Positions 1 through 8,080 of a DNA stretch of 49,638 bases are shown here, one piece after another. The notes under the pieces were generated by a model that saw nothing but the letters and a program-made list of their open reading frames with translations, made no database searches and was not told where the DNA came from. This DNA is from a virus (lineage: Duplodnaviria; Heunggongvirae; Uroviricota; Caudoviricetes), in the IMG/VR virus record IMGVR_UViG_3300016476_000987; one strand, given 5' to 3'. The position numbers were made by a program, and so were the translations under genes. The stretch's first letter is position 1; every line of letters starts with the position of its first letter.

Positions 1-236
1 ATTTTGTTTGGATTATCTAGTAAGTTTATGTAATGATACGCAACATGCTTCTCTAGCTCTTCGCTAACAATAGCATGGATTGCGTCTTTAACATACTCTT
101 CGTTACTGTAGTTCCCAGACTTACATTCTTCAAAGGCATCTGCTAGGCTAGCATTTTGAGTAGTTTGACTGAAGGTCTTCCAGAGACCGATCATAAGTAC
201 GTCTACCTTCCAAACACCCATGCCTGTCTTCATCAT
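1..236 (-). CDS. hypothetical protein, 3'-truncated by window edge
   Basis: Own translation MMKTGMGVWKVDVLMIG... stays open to position 1; collinear with neighbours. Confidence 0.5.
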   Translation of the reverse strand, partial: MMKTGMGVWKVDVLMIGLWKTFSQTTQNASLADAFEECKSGNYSNEEYVKDAIHAIVSEELEKHVAYHYINLLDNPNK

Positions 237-261
237 ATAGACATCGCACATTGCTCCATTT

Positions 262-471
262 TTATAAAGTAGTCTCATGTAATAATTTTTTATTATTAAA
301 AAATAAAATGATACAAGAGTATAGATCTGTATTAGGATTATCAAAAGGACCGTTTAGGAACTCTTCATATAAGTCGCATACTAATTCATACTCTTCGTCG
401 TACTCGAGATTGTTTTTCGATACCATATCAATATACATTCTGCCGAATAAATAAAAATCGTAATTGTTCAT
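262..471 (-). CDS. hypothetical protein (acidic)
   Basis: ORF track; A-rich leader; tight minus-strand packing. Confidence 0.7.
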   Translation of the reverse strand: MNNYDFYLFGRMYIDMVSKNNLEYDEEYELVCDLYEEFLNGPFDNPNTDLYSCIILFFNNKKLLHETTL

Positions 472-473
472 AG

Positions 474-647
474 TTATTGTTTTGTGTTAATGTCTTCTTC
501 TACTACTGACTCTGTAATAAAATGAAATCCCCTCTTTTTACATAGTTCTTCAAGAGCAGGAAGACATTCCATATACACTGTCTCATCTGAAAATATTGCT
601 ACTTTTTCACAGTACCAATTCTCCATTTCAAAGTATACTACTACCAT
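474..647 (-). CDS. hypothetical protein, 57 aa (not in ORF track)
   Basis: Own translation MVVVYFEMENWYCEKVAIFSDETVYMECLPALEEL...; fills the gap exactly. Confidence 0.65.
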   Translation of the reverse strand: MVVVYFEMENWYCEKVAIFSDETVYMECLPALEELCKKRGFHFITESVVEEDINTKQ

Positions 648-664
648 TTCTGATTAATTTAATA

Positions 665-874
665 TTAATAATCATCCTCCATATATTCACCTGCGTTAAG
701 GTAATCATAATAGGAATCCTTTCGATATGGATAATTGTTTTCATAACAATCATCACAATAGTATCGAGTCGGTATTCCGTATGCATCATGTCGTAGTTCT
801 ACATAAGCTGTCTCGTCAGCTGTAGTTTTTTGACATCCCTTTCCACTACAATGAATTTCATGATCGTGTCTCAT
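665..874 (-). CDS. hypothetical protein with Cys pairs (CSGKGC, CDDC)
   Basis: ORF track; possible Zn-binding Cys residues. Confidence 0.75.
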   Translation of the reverse strand: MRHDHEIHCSGKGCQKTTADETAYVELRHDAYGIPTRYYCDDCYENNYPYRKDSYYDYLNAGEYMEDDY

Positions 875-885
875 CTATTTTGTTT

Positions 886-1161
886 TTAGTTATTAGGTAA
901 TACTGAAGTCCAATCCTCCCTATCTGATAAATCTACTATATACTTTTCATTAGTGTCCTCATCTATAACATCGTAGATCATCATGTATGCGTCTTCGTTT
1001 TCTACTAGCCATTGAGCGGCTTTAAGAGCTGCATCCTTTGGATTCTTAGCGCTCATATCCTCAAACGTAACTGACACTGTGTACGTCTTAATTTTGGGAG
1101 AGCATTCAGCATCATCAGAGTTATGCTTTCCTCCTTCCATTCCATCAATGTAACTTGCCAT
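886..1161 (-). CDS. hypothetical protein
   Basis: ORF track; A-rich leader. Confidence 0.7.
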   Translation of the reverse strand: MASYIDGMEGGKHNSDDAECSPKIKTYTVSVTFEDMSAKNPKDAALKAAQWLVENEDAYMMIYDVIDEDTNEKYIVDLSDREDWTSVLPNN

Positions 1162-1179
1162 GATTTGTTTTTTTTGTTA

Positions 1180-1452
1180 TTAGATATTAGAAGAAACTCC
1201 TACAACAAGGTAACCGATTTTGTGATGACTGGTCCCAAGATCATTATCCAGCACCACAATATCCTCACCGTCTTCCATTTCAAACACGGATGCAATCTCG
1301 TAACCTTTGTCTTGCCATTCTTTGGCAATGTCTTGTTCTTCAGGACAGAATAATTGGTAGTCCCCTGTTTCAGCATCATCTTCATTTACCTTAACGATGA
1401 GACCCTTCCATCCAAACTCTTCAAAAAATTCTGTCTTTGTGTACTGTTTCAT
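1180..1452 (-). CDS. hypothetical protein
   Basis: ORF track; gene packing. Confidence 0.75.
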   Translation of the reverse strand: MKQYTKTEFFEEFGWKGLIVKVNEDDAETGDYQLFCPEEQDIAKEWQDKGYEIASVFEMEDGEDIVVLDNDLGTSHHKIGYLVVGVSSNI

Positions 1453-1474
1453 TTTGATTAATTTTAATACTGAT

Positions 1475-1726
1475 TTAATTTTTGAACTCTTCCCAAATTG
1501 TATCTTTTAAATTATCAAGAATTGCCTCTCCGATATCATCTGTGTTGATGCAATTAAGGATTTCAAGCTTCTTTTCAAATGTAATTTTTTCTTTGATTTG
1601 ATTGAGGAAATCATCTTCAAATTCATCAATAGCAATGTCTACATCTTTAACTGAAAGTATAAGATCTGTAATGAATCCTCTAGATTTTAATTCTTCTAAA
1701 AGATCTTTGTCGCTGTAATGTTTCAT
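1475..1726 (-). CDS. hypothetical protein
   Basis: ORF track; preceded by the repeated leader TTTCTTTACACTTAATAAAA. Confidence 0.75.
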   Translation of the reverse strand: MKHYSDKDLLEELKSRGFITDLILSVKDVDIAIDEFEDDFLNQIKEKITFEKKLEILNCINTDDIGEAILDNLKDTIWEEFKN

Positions 1727-1731
1727 ATTTG

Positions 1732-2258
1732 TTTTATTAAGTGTAAAGAAACCTAATTATACTGCCTGGGTAAATTTATTTCTGAATTTATTTTTGTACT
1801 CTGATCCTTCTTTGATGCTATCTAATTCAATTAATACGTCCATCACTGCCATCAATCCATTGAATTGGTCTTCCATGAGTTCTTGAGGAGTGTGTGAGTT
1901 ATAATAGAAGTAGTGTATTTTTGTTGCTCTTTCAAAAGCATACTCTACTTTAGCCATTTCTTCCCAAGAATACTCAGTTAATACTTCAAGATCTTTTTCA
2001 CAACTAGCGTTTCTTTTTATAATCTGTTCTCCGTCCGTTGGTGTATAAAAAATACTATTCCAGAAGCTATTATTAACCTCACAATTATATTCAGAGGTCA
2101 CTGATGTTCCCATTGCGTTTGCTACAATATTTCCTACAGCACATGCTTTACAAGTGCCTTTTGCAAGAGTGTCATTCATGAAGGCATTGTAAAGAGCATT
2201 GTACGCTTTTTCAAATCTCGGTGTCATAATTTATTTGTTTTTATTAAGTGTAAAGAAA
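1732..2258 (-). repeat. 20-nt direct repeat TTTCTTTACACTTAATAAAA (minus) at 1732-1751 and 2239-2258, upstream of two consecutive genes
   Basis: Identical 20-mers read directly in both intergenic spacers. Confidence 0.8.
1757..2227 (-). CDS. hypothetical phage protein (KGTCKACAVGN motif)
   Basis: ORF track, 156 aa, CxxC motif. Confidence 0.8.
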   Translation of the reverse strand: MTPRFEKAYNALYNAFMNDTLAKGTCKACAVGNIVANAMGTSVTSEYNCEVNNSFWNSIFYTPTDGEQIIKRNASCEKDLEVLTEYSWEEMAKVEYAFERATKIHYFYYNSHTPQELMEDQFNGLMAVMDVLIELDSIKEGSEYKNKFRNKFTQAV

Positions 2259-2260
2259 TA

Positions 2261-2530
2261 TTAACTCCACGTAAATTTTACTTCAACAGTATCTTTATCA
2301 TAATAGTCTACACAATATCTTGAAGGTGTAGAGCCATAATCAATAGCAACAAATATGTTTGTGGTGCTATCTAGAATGTCTCTCACATCTCTTTGTACCT
2401 CTCTGGGGAGATGAACATAGGCATAAGTTTTACCATCGGTTGCTTTCTTCTCACAAATTTCGATAACCCGTTTTACTTCTGCCTCAACCTTTTCTTTTCT
2501 CCTTTCTTCATTTGTTTTAATCGTAACCAT
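2261..2530 (-). CDS. hypothetical protein (start moved to MVTIK)
   Basis: ORF track 2261-2611; the downstream ATG at 2530 avoids overlap. Confidence 0.7.
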   Translation of the reverse strand: MVTIKTNEERRKEKVEAEVKRVIEICEKKATDGKTYAYVHLPREVQRDVRDILDSTTNIFVAIDYGSTPSRYCVDYYDKDTVEVKFTWS

Positions 2531-2543
2531 ATTATTTATTTTA

Positions 2544-2798
2544 TTATGTTGTAAAAAATAATTCACCTGGCTTCCATACTTTCTCAACTTGAATCTCTTC
2601 AATGGCTGCAATAGTTCCGTTCCTCAATCCATCGGAATAGAACTTTGCAAACACATCTGTTGAGTTGTCTAGTATTTCTAAGATATCCCTGTAATCCACA
2701 CGCTTGCATCCAATGATTGGAATATGAGTATATGCAAATTTTACTGAGGGATACTTGTCTCCAAGGATTTTCCGGTAGTGACCAGCAGGAGGTTTCAT
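2544..2798 (-). CDS. hypothetical protein (start at MKPPAG)
   Basis: ORF track; start chosen to avoid overlap with 2807-3148. Confidence 0.6.
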   Translation of the reverse strand: MKPPAGHYRKILGDKYPSVKFAYTHIPIIGCKRVDYRDILEILDNSTDVFAKFYSDGLRNGTIAAIEEIQVEKVWKPGELFFTT

Positions 2799-2806
2799 AT
2801 TTGATT

Positions 2807-3148
2807 TTATTTTTCTTCGCAAAAGCCAATGGTATATTCGGCACTACTTTCCGTGAATGTCATATTCATACCTTGTTCAATAGCAAGTTCCTCCGCTTCT
2901 TCAATACTTGTCGCCTTGACAATGATTGTGTGACTTGCATAAGATATGCGCTGAACATCTACAACGTATTCTTTGACTTCTTTTTCAATGTCCATCAAAT
3001 AAGCATCCGTTTCACATTCAGGACAACCCTTGAAATATTGGATATCGTGGCTGACATTGTTATCTGATAAATCAGTAAAAAGTTTCAAATCATTTTCATA
3101 CCCTTCCCATCCACAATTGTTGCAACGAACTTCATATTTTTCAATCAT
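2807..3148 (-). CDS. Zn-ribbon-containing hypothetical protein
   Basis: CNNC...CPEC motif pair. Confidence 0.75.
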   Translation of the reverse strand: MIEKYEVRCNNCGWEGYENDLKLFTDLSDNNVSHDIQYFKGCPECETDAYLMDIEKEVKEYVVDVQRISYASHTIIVKATSIEEAEELAIEQGMNMTFTESSAEYTIGFCEEK

Positions 3149-3159
3149 ATTATTTGATT

Positions 3160-3396
3160 TTAGTTTATGACATAATCAATGTTGTCAGCAATGATATCCC
3201 AATTCACACCATAGTTGGCATCAAAGGAGTTTTCAATACTTTCCACAACTTCATTAACTTGTTCATCAGTCAGGGTAATGTTAAATCGTTCAGCTGCTGT
3301 CACTACAACATCCTCTTTGTTCCACAATACTCTGATAAAACCTCTGTTACAAAGTTCTTGAATGAGTAGTTCGGTATCAATTTCTTTTAGGTTCAT
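3160..3396 (-). CDS. hypothetical protein (start MNLKEID)
   Basis: ORF track; leader AAAACAAACAGTT-ATG. Confidence 0.75.
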   Translation of the reverse strand: MNLKEIDTELLIQELCNRGFIRVLWNKEDVVVTAAERFNITLTDEQVNEVVESIENSFDANYGVNWDIIADNIDYVIN

Positions 3397-3447
3397 AACT
3401 GTTTGTTTTAAATTTTTGTAAAGTAAGTAGTCTACAATTTGTAAAAT

Positions 3448-3478
3448 AAAAAGGGGCTGATGTAGAAACACCGCCCCG
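3448..3478 (-). terminator. intrinsic terminator hairpin
   Basis: GGGGC-GG-TGT-TTCT-ACA-TC-AGCCCC followed by TTTTT on the minus strand. Confidence 0.7.
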
Positions 3479-3510
3479 ATTAAACCTAATCACTATGACA
3501 CAAAAGACCA

Positions 3511-3762
3511 TTAATCCCAGACCCTGGATACAGTCCTATCCATGGGATTGAATTCTACTTGATTATAAGACCGGTACTTACCGGCTTCAAATACCATACG
3601 ATCATGCTCATCATGAGTAAGCACTCCAAGACTTGCCAACATGAACGAGATACCCTGACTGTCCTCAGAATATGTAATATTAGACTTGGATGCAAGGATA
3701 TGCTTGTGGCCAATAACTTCTCCTTCTCCGAGGCAGATACTTTTTGCTTTCTTACTTTTCAT
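3511..3762 (-). CDS. small His-motif protein resembling the DUF6745 partner family (GEGExxGHxH...HxEH...G.Y...Q.E..P...RV.D)
   Basis: Motifs LGEGEVIGHKH, LTHDEH, AGKY, QVEFNP, RVWD; family recalled from memory. Confidence 0.7.
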   Translation of the reverse strand: MKSKKAKSICLGEGEVIGHKHILASKSNITYSEDSQGISFMLASLGVLTHDEHDRMVFEAGKYRSYNQVEFNPMDRTVSRVWD

Positions 3763-3789
3763 TTTGTTTGATTTGGTTTGTTAAAGATA

Positions 3790-3990
3790 TTAATTTTCTT
3801 TGTTTATTTCAAGAATAAAAACTCCATTTTCTTCCCACTCTTCTTTTGTTAGCTCATTATTAGTGAGCTCATTCAAACGAGTAACAGCCTCTAGTTCAGA
3901 AGCAAACTCTAACGCATTGTTGGATGAGTCCAACAAGTACTCGTAATCGTTTAAGGAGATACCTTCTTGAAATCTTGCTATTACGTACAC
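3790..3990 (-). CDS. hypothetical protein (GTG start)
   Basis: ORF track. Confidence 0.65.
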   Translation of the reverse strand: MYVIARFQEGISLNDYEYLLDSSNNALEFASELEAVTRLNELTNNELTKEEWEENGVFILEINKEN

Positions 3991-4011
3991 GATATTAAAT
4001 TTAAATTGTTA

Positions 4012-4572
4012 TTACCAAGAAGCCTGATAGTAAAAAGAAAAGCTTACACCTGAAGTATCAATAGACTCTTCGTATTCAGAAATCAAAGCAGTCACTACTT
4101 CAATAGTATTCTCTACGTTTTTCTTGAAGTACTCATCTATATCAGTAGACCCAAAGAAGAACCCATCAGTAGGAGGGAATATGTCGTTGATCTCATCAAC
4201 ACAGTCATACGTCTCGTATTCTACAGGTTCTCCTTTCCAATCCTTAGTAGTGTTTACTACTTTTTGTGAATTGTTTAGTATCTCTTTTACTTGAATAAGA
4301 ACCTCAAGAAGATCTCTTAGATCATTAATACCTACATAAATTTCTTGACAATCATCTTTTCCTCCTCCAAGATTATCTACAAAGTATTTGTGTAGAGCGT
4401 TGAACTTCCTCCAATATGCTACTTCTTCCTCTATAAAACAGATACGCTCAGGCTTTATATCTTTTCTTGGAATTCCTCCTAGAGTAATAGATACCTGGTG
4501 GGCTTGCTCATCAGGAGTGTGTTCCCAAGTCTTAACGTAAGATTTCTTATACAAATACATATCAAGTCCCAT
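4012..4572 (-). CDS. conserved phage hypothetical protein (MGLDMYL...YWRK.N..H...GFFFG...YYQASW family)
   Basis: Motif pattern recognisable as a widespread phage family of unknown function. Confidence 0.85.
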   Translation of the reverse strand: MGLDMYLYKKSYVKTWEHTPDEQAHQVSITLGGIPRKDIKPERICFIEEEVAYWRKFNALHKYFVDNLGGGKDDCQEIYVGINDLRDLLEVLIQVKEILNNSQKVVNTTKDWKGEPVEYETYDCVDEINDIFPPTDGFFFGSTDIDEYFKKNVENTIEVVTALISEYEESIDTSGVSFSFYYQASW

Positions 4573-4648
4573 AACTGTAAATTTAATTTTAATTTGTTAG
4601 ATGTTTTTTAGGGAGCCTCTTTTGATGAGGCCCCCTTTTTTTAAATGA

Positions 4649-4816
4649 TTAGTCTTTACCCAGCACTTCAACAATAAGACCCTGGCAATCTATTTTCCAA
4701 TAGATATCTTGCCACTCTTTGTTAGTGCAAGCGTCTTTAACTTTCTCTCTGTTTTCGTTCCACTCTTTTACGTTTGTGGATTGCTTCATGATTTCAATTG
4801 CTTGTTCTGTTGTCAT
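4649..4816 (-). CDS. hypothetical protein, 55 aa (not in ORF track)
   Basis: Own translation MTTEQAIEIMKQSTNVKEWNENREKVK...; leader AAACCAAAGGTT-ATG. Confidence 0.65.
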   Translation of the reverse strand: MTTEQAIEIMKQSTNVKEWNENREKVKDACTNKEWQDIYWKIDCQGLIVEVLGKD

Positions 4817-4860
4817 AACCTTTGGTTTGTTTGGTGATTAATAAAAAATACATATTTGAA

Positions 4861-5622
4861 TTAGGTCTCTGAATACATCAACTCAAGATATTGATCTTTA
4901 GTTAAGTGATAAGGAGTCACAGTTTTCGAGGTGGGAGATTCTTTCGCTACAATAATATCTCCTTGCCGGTAGATACGCTCAGGATCTGATATGTCTATTC
5001 TAATAGTCCAGGCTATTGCCTGTATAGCATCCGGCTCTGCTTTTATAGAAGAGTTCCACACGGCTCTACTATCTAACAAAGTTGCATCATAAGGAACATA
5101 GATCCAATACTCTCTGTTAGTAGTGGTACACCAACATCTAACAGCCGTAATAATAGCATTCCTAGTTCTAGTAAACTGAGTTACAAAGTGATCAGCACTT
5201 CCAAATAATTTATCCGCAGGGATAGAATACAACTCATATACATCCTCAAACTCATATTCATACGGATCATTGTTCTCATCCCACCTACGTCTACTCTTTT
5301 TGATTATTTGCTTATCTAGAAGAGTAGGTTGTAGACTATTGAATAACTTTACTACCCCAATACAATCAAAGAATACTCTACGCAACTCTATATTATTTTG
5401 TTGCATAGCCTCCTGTACAGTAACCGGATCTATTGAATCCCAAACCTCTCGCATAAACTCAGCTAGCTCTGATAAAAAAGAGCTAGCTTTAATTACCTCT
5501 CTGTTGTAGTCTTCAAAGGTAGGATACTTAGTTTTCCATAACCTTGTGCATAGGTCGAATCCTTCCTGGATGCGGACTCCTGTTATAAAATAACTTGCTG
5601 TTCTAAAATCAAACTTACTCAT
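4861..5622 (-). CDS. DUF6745-like protein with a C-terminal RQGD motif
   Basis: NIELRRVFFDCIG, YELY, VRCWCTTTNREYWIYVP, AIQAIAWT resemble DUF6745 (N.E.RR...CPST.R.Y.L.VP...A..A.AWT); recalled, not searched. Confidence 0.65.
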   Translation of the reverse strand: MSKFDFRTASYFITGVRIQEGFDLCTRLWKTKYPTFEDYNREVIKASSFLSELAEFMREVWDSIDPVTVQEAMQQNNIELRRVFFDCIGVVKLFNSLQPTLLDKQIIKKSRRRWDENNDPYEYEFEDVYELYSIPADKLFGSADHFVTQFTRTRNAIITAVRCWCTTTNREYWIYVPYDATLLDSRAVWNSSIKAEPDAIQAIAWTIRIDISDPERIYRQGDIIVAKESPTSKTVTPYHLTKDQYLELMYSET

Positions 5623-5633
5623 TTTAGTAGGTA

Positions 5634-6317
5634 TTAATCTGTGAATGAAATGCTATACATATTTTCTTCTGACGTTTCACATGTGAATCCAATAGTATTT
5701 ATACGGTACTCCCTCACTCCTTTTTCTTCGTTTACCACAAACTCACTTCTCCTCACACTAGCTTCATCAAGTCTTTCTACAGTATAAAAATCCGGATACT
5801 TATCAGTAAGTTTTTCAATGACCTCTCTATATGTATCTTCAATTTTGGACTGTATCTCTTTTGCAGTATCATTCAATAAATCAAAAAGAAGAGGTCCGTT
5901 TGTAACTAAGAAGTTAATGCGTACATCTTCCAAATCTGCTTCTATATCCATAACATCAAAAGGAACTTCTAACGGGACTTCAATTATCAGAGCAGGGTAT
6001 TCCCCAGGATGTTCTGTTATGTCCTCAACTTTATAATCCGAATATGAATAGTCATCTTGTCCTTCAAAACACTTGGTCTCTCTGTTGTAAACAAGTTCTC
6101 CGTTCACGTTAAAATCTCCTGCAAAAGAACCATATCCAAGATGACCGGCCACTTTATTAACTATCTGTTTTTGTATATCAGTGTAGTTGTAGTAGTCTAC
6201 ATTTTCATCTCCAATATACAAATCAATACATCCTTCGTCATTTCCACCATTAAACTGTATCTTAATTGTTTTATCTTTAGATTGTTCATCTAGATAATTA
6301 AGCATCTCGTTGTTCAT
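5634..6317 (-). CDS. DUF6878-like N-terminal domain protein
   Basis: IQFNGGNDEGCID resembles the F.G.GDSG.I motif; sits next to a DUF6915-like gene. Confidence 0.5.
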   Translation of the reverse strand: MNNEMLNYLDEQSKDKTIKIQFNGGNDEGCIDLYIGDENVDYYNYTDIQKQIVNKVAGHLGYGSFAGDFNVNGELVYNRETKCFEGQDDYSYSDYKVEDITEHPGEYPALIIEVPLEVPFDVMDIEADLEDVRINFLVTNGPLLFDLLNDTAKEIQSKIEDTYREVIEKLTDKYPDFYTVERLDEASVRRSEFVVNEEKGVREYRINTIGFTCETSEENMYSISFTD

Positions 6318-6323
6318 TGTTTG

Positions 6324-6698
6324 TTATTTAGATTGTGCTTCAATAGTTTCTAATTCTCTTTTTACTTTTCTAGATTCGTCAGACTTCATCATCCATACTT
6401 GAGGTTGTAGATTCTGTAACCAATCTTCAACAGTAGGGACCTTACCGCAATCTTCATAGATATGATCGTAGGCAATCTGTCTTACCTCTACCATCTTACC
6501 TTCTGAGTTAGTCACATAATCTCCAAACACTTGCTCTGCCAGGAGCATTCCAAAGGAGTTATGAAGGATAGCTCTGTGTTTGAAGTTAGGCATGTGCCCC
6601 TTCGTCGAATCAAAAAATTTGTGAATATGAATGTAGTCATTGATAGATCCGCCATACTTTTTGACGGAAGACTTTGCATGAATCAGTGGACTTGCCAT
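6324..6698 (-). CDS. DUF6915-like protein (His-rich)
   Basis: PLIHAKSSVKKYGG..DY..IH.FFD.TK...HRAILHN.FG...E..FG...H..ED.G..PT..DW. Confidence 0.75.
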   Translation of the reverse strand: MASPLIHAKSSVKKYGGSINDYIHIHKFFDSTKGHMPNFKHRAILHNSFGMLLAEQVFGDYVTNSEGKMVEVRQIAYDHIYEDCGKVPTVEDWLQNLQPQVWMMKSDESRKVKRELETIEAQSK

Positions 6699-6703
6699 TT
6701 TTT

Positions 6704-6952
6704 TTATTTTAGTTTTTTAGGTCTGTTTTCTTTTACTTTATTATTCTTTGCTGCTTCTACTCCTTGATTGTACCAAAAGAAAGCGGCGTTGTGCATAACC
6801 TCTTTCTCATAGTTTAGTAGAGTTCCACGTAGGTCCTCATAGTAAACACTTTTTATTGATACCTTTACAAGATCTAATATTAGTTTTTGATCATCGGTCT
6901 CTGTTTTTATAGTACTAATCTTTTCTAATAGTGTAACTAATGGACTGCTCAT
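6704..6952 (-). CDS. hypothetical protein (start MSSPL)
   Basis: ORF track; start moved to avoid overlap. Confidence 0.65.
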   Translation of the reverse strand: MSSPLVTLLEKISTIKTETDDQKLILDLVKVSIKSVYYEDLRGTLLNYEKEVMHNAAFFWYNQGVEAAKNNKVKENRPKKLK

Positions 6953-6953
6953 T

Positions 6954-7160
6954 TTAATGGTTTGAGTATGAATGCCATAGTGCAACAGACGCTAGGATTA
7001 ATATCAAGTGACATATCATTATTATATACACAAGATTAAATCTAAGTTGCCGATTATCAAAGTTAGCATTGAAGGCCCAGTCTGTTGCTTCTTCGATAAA
7101 GAAGAAAAACAGTATAGGAATATACCAATACCATCTACTGTCTTTGATTGCTTGTTTCAT
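6954..7160 (-). CDS. small membrane protein (2 hydrophobic segments)
   Basis: WYWYIPILFFFF and LVYIIMICHLILILASVALW. Confidence 0.7.
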   Translation of the reverse strand: MKQAIKDSRWYWYIPILFFFFIEEATDWAFNANFDNRQLRFNLVYIIMICHLILILASVALWHSYSNH

Positions 7161-7699
7161 TGTTTAAGTTTTAATTTTCCATCAACAAATTTTACTTCCC
7201 ATTCTGTTTTGGGTTGAAGAGATTGAGAAAATTTATTTACACCATCTGTAACATCTCCTCTTCTTTCTGTGCCTTCCAAAAAACCCCATGTAAAAGCATC
7301 TAACAAATCCTCCCTTGTGTACTTCCGTTCCTTGTTGTCCTCAAGGGCTTGGTTGTAACCTCTAATGAAAGAACCATTGTGTTTCACTTTGGCTATACAG
7401 TCATTTGCCTTTTTCTCCACATCCACCACACCAAGGAGTTCTTTGACTTCTGATAAAGGAAGAAATTTTACATTACTCCAATCAGGTTTCAAATTAGCAG
7501 TAGTAAAACCATCTACATTCAAAAATCCCAAGGGTTGTGTTGAATGGGTGATTTTTTTTTCACCACCTGTCAAATCACCACCAAAATATTGTACAGGTAC
7601 GAATTTCTTTAGATTTGGGAAACCAATCCAATCACCTTCTTTAATTTCTGAATCATCACAAATAATGTAATGCTCCTCAGATAGTCTTTTCATTTTCAT
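7157..7699 (-). CDS. hypothetical protein, paralog of 14697-15143
   Basis: Shared LSE.HYI..DDS, GVVDVEKKA, GYN..LEDNKERKYTR, TEWEV..VDGKLKLK. Confidence 0.8.
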   Translation of the reverse strand: MKMKRLSEEHYIICDDSEIKEGDWIGFPNLKKFVPVQYFGGDLTGGEKKITHSTQPLGFLNVDGFTTANLKPDWSNVKFLPLSEVKELLGVVDVEKKANDCIAKVKHNGSFIRGYNQALEDNKERKYTREDLLDAFTWGFLEGTERRGDVTDGVNKFSQSLQPKTEWEVKFVDGKLKLKQ

Positions 7700-7703
7700 T
7701 GTA

Positions 7704-8063
7704 TCAGTTTTCTTTTATCATTAATGCAAGTTGTCTATTCTTTGATGTGCTCTGCTCAAATCTTACTTTGTATCCCAATGCCTTTACAATACTCTCGACA
7801 CTTGAGAACCCACAGGCACCGTCTACAATAACTTTATTTTCATATATCCTCATACCATAGTACTCATCTGGATCGAGTTTCTTTATATCATTCTGAAACT
7901 CTTTCTCTATCCAATCACCAAAGACAGTCCCCTGCATATCATAGCCTCCTCCATTACAAGAGGAGACTTTTTTACCGTTGACATAAAGAGAACAGATGTT
8001 GTATCCGTAAGTATACTGTCCCCTGGATACTGACCATTTGAATTCAAGCGTGTAGACTTTCAT
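7704..8063 (-). CDS. hypothetical phage protein (GGGYDMQGT motif)
   Basis: ORF track. Confidence 0.8.
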   Translation of the reverse strand: MKVYTLEFKWSVSRGQYTYGYNICSLYVNGKKVSSCNGGGYDMQGTVFGDWIEKEFQNDIKKLDPDEYYGMRIYENKVIVDGACGFSSVESIVKALGYKVRFEQSTSKNRQLALMIKEN

Positions 8064-8080
8064 TGTTTTGTTTTTGATTT

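Noticed and set aside
4611-4642. Hairpin with a T-tract on the plus strand as a terminator
   Set aside because: The stem pairs fully only on the minus strand (G-U), where it is followed by A-rich sequence. Its role is unclear, so it was not called a terminator.
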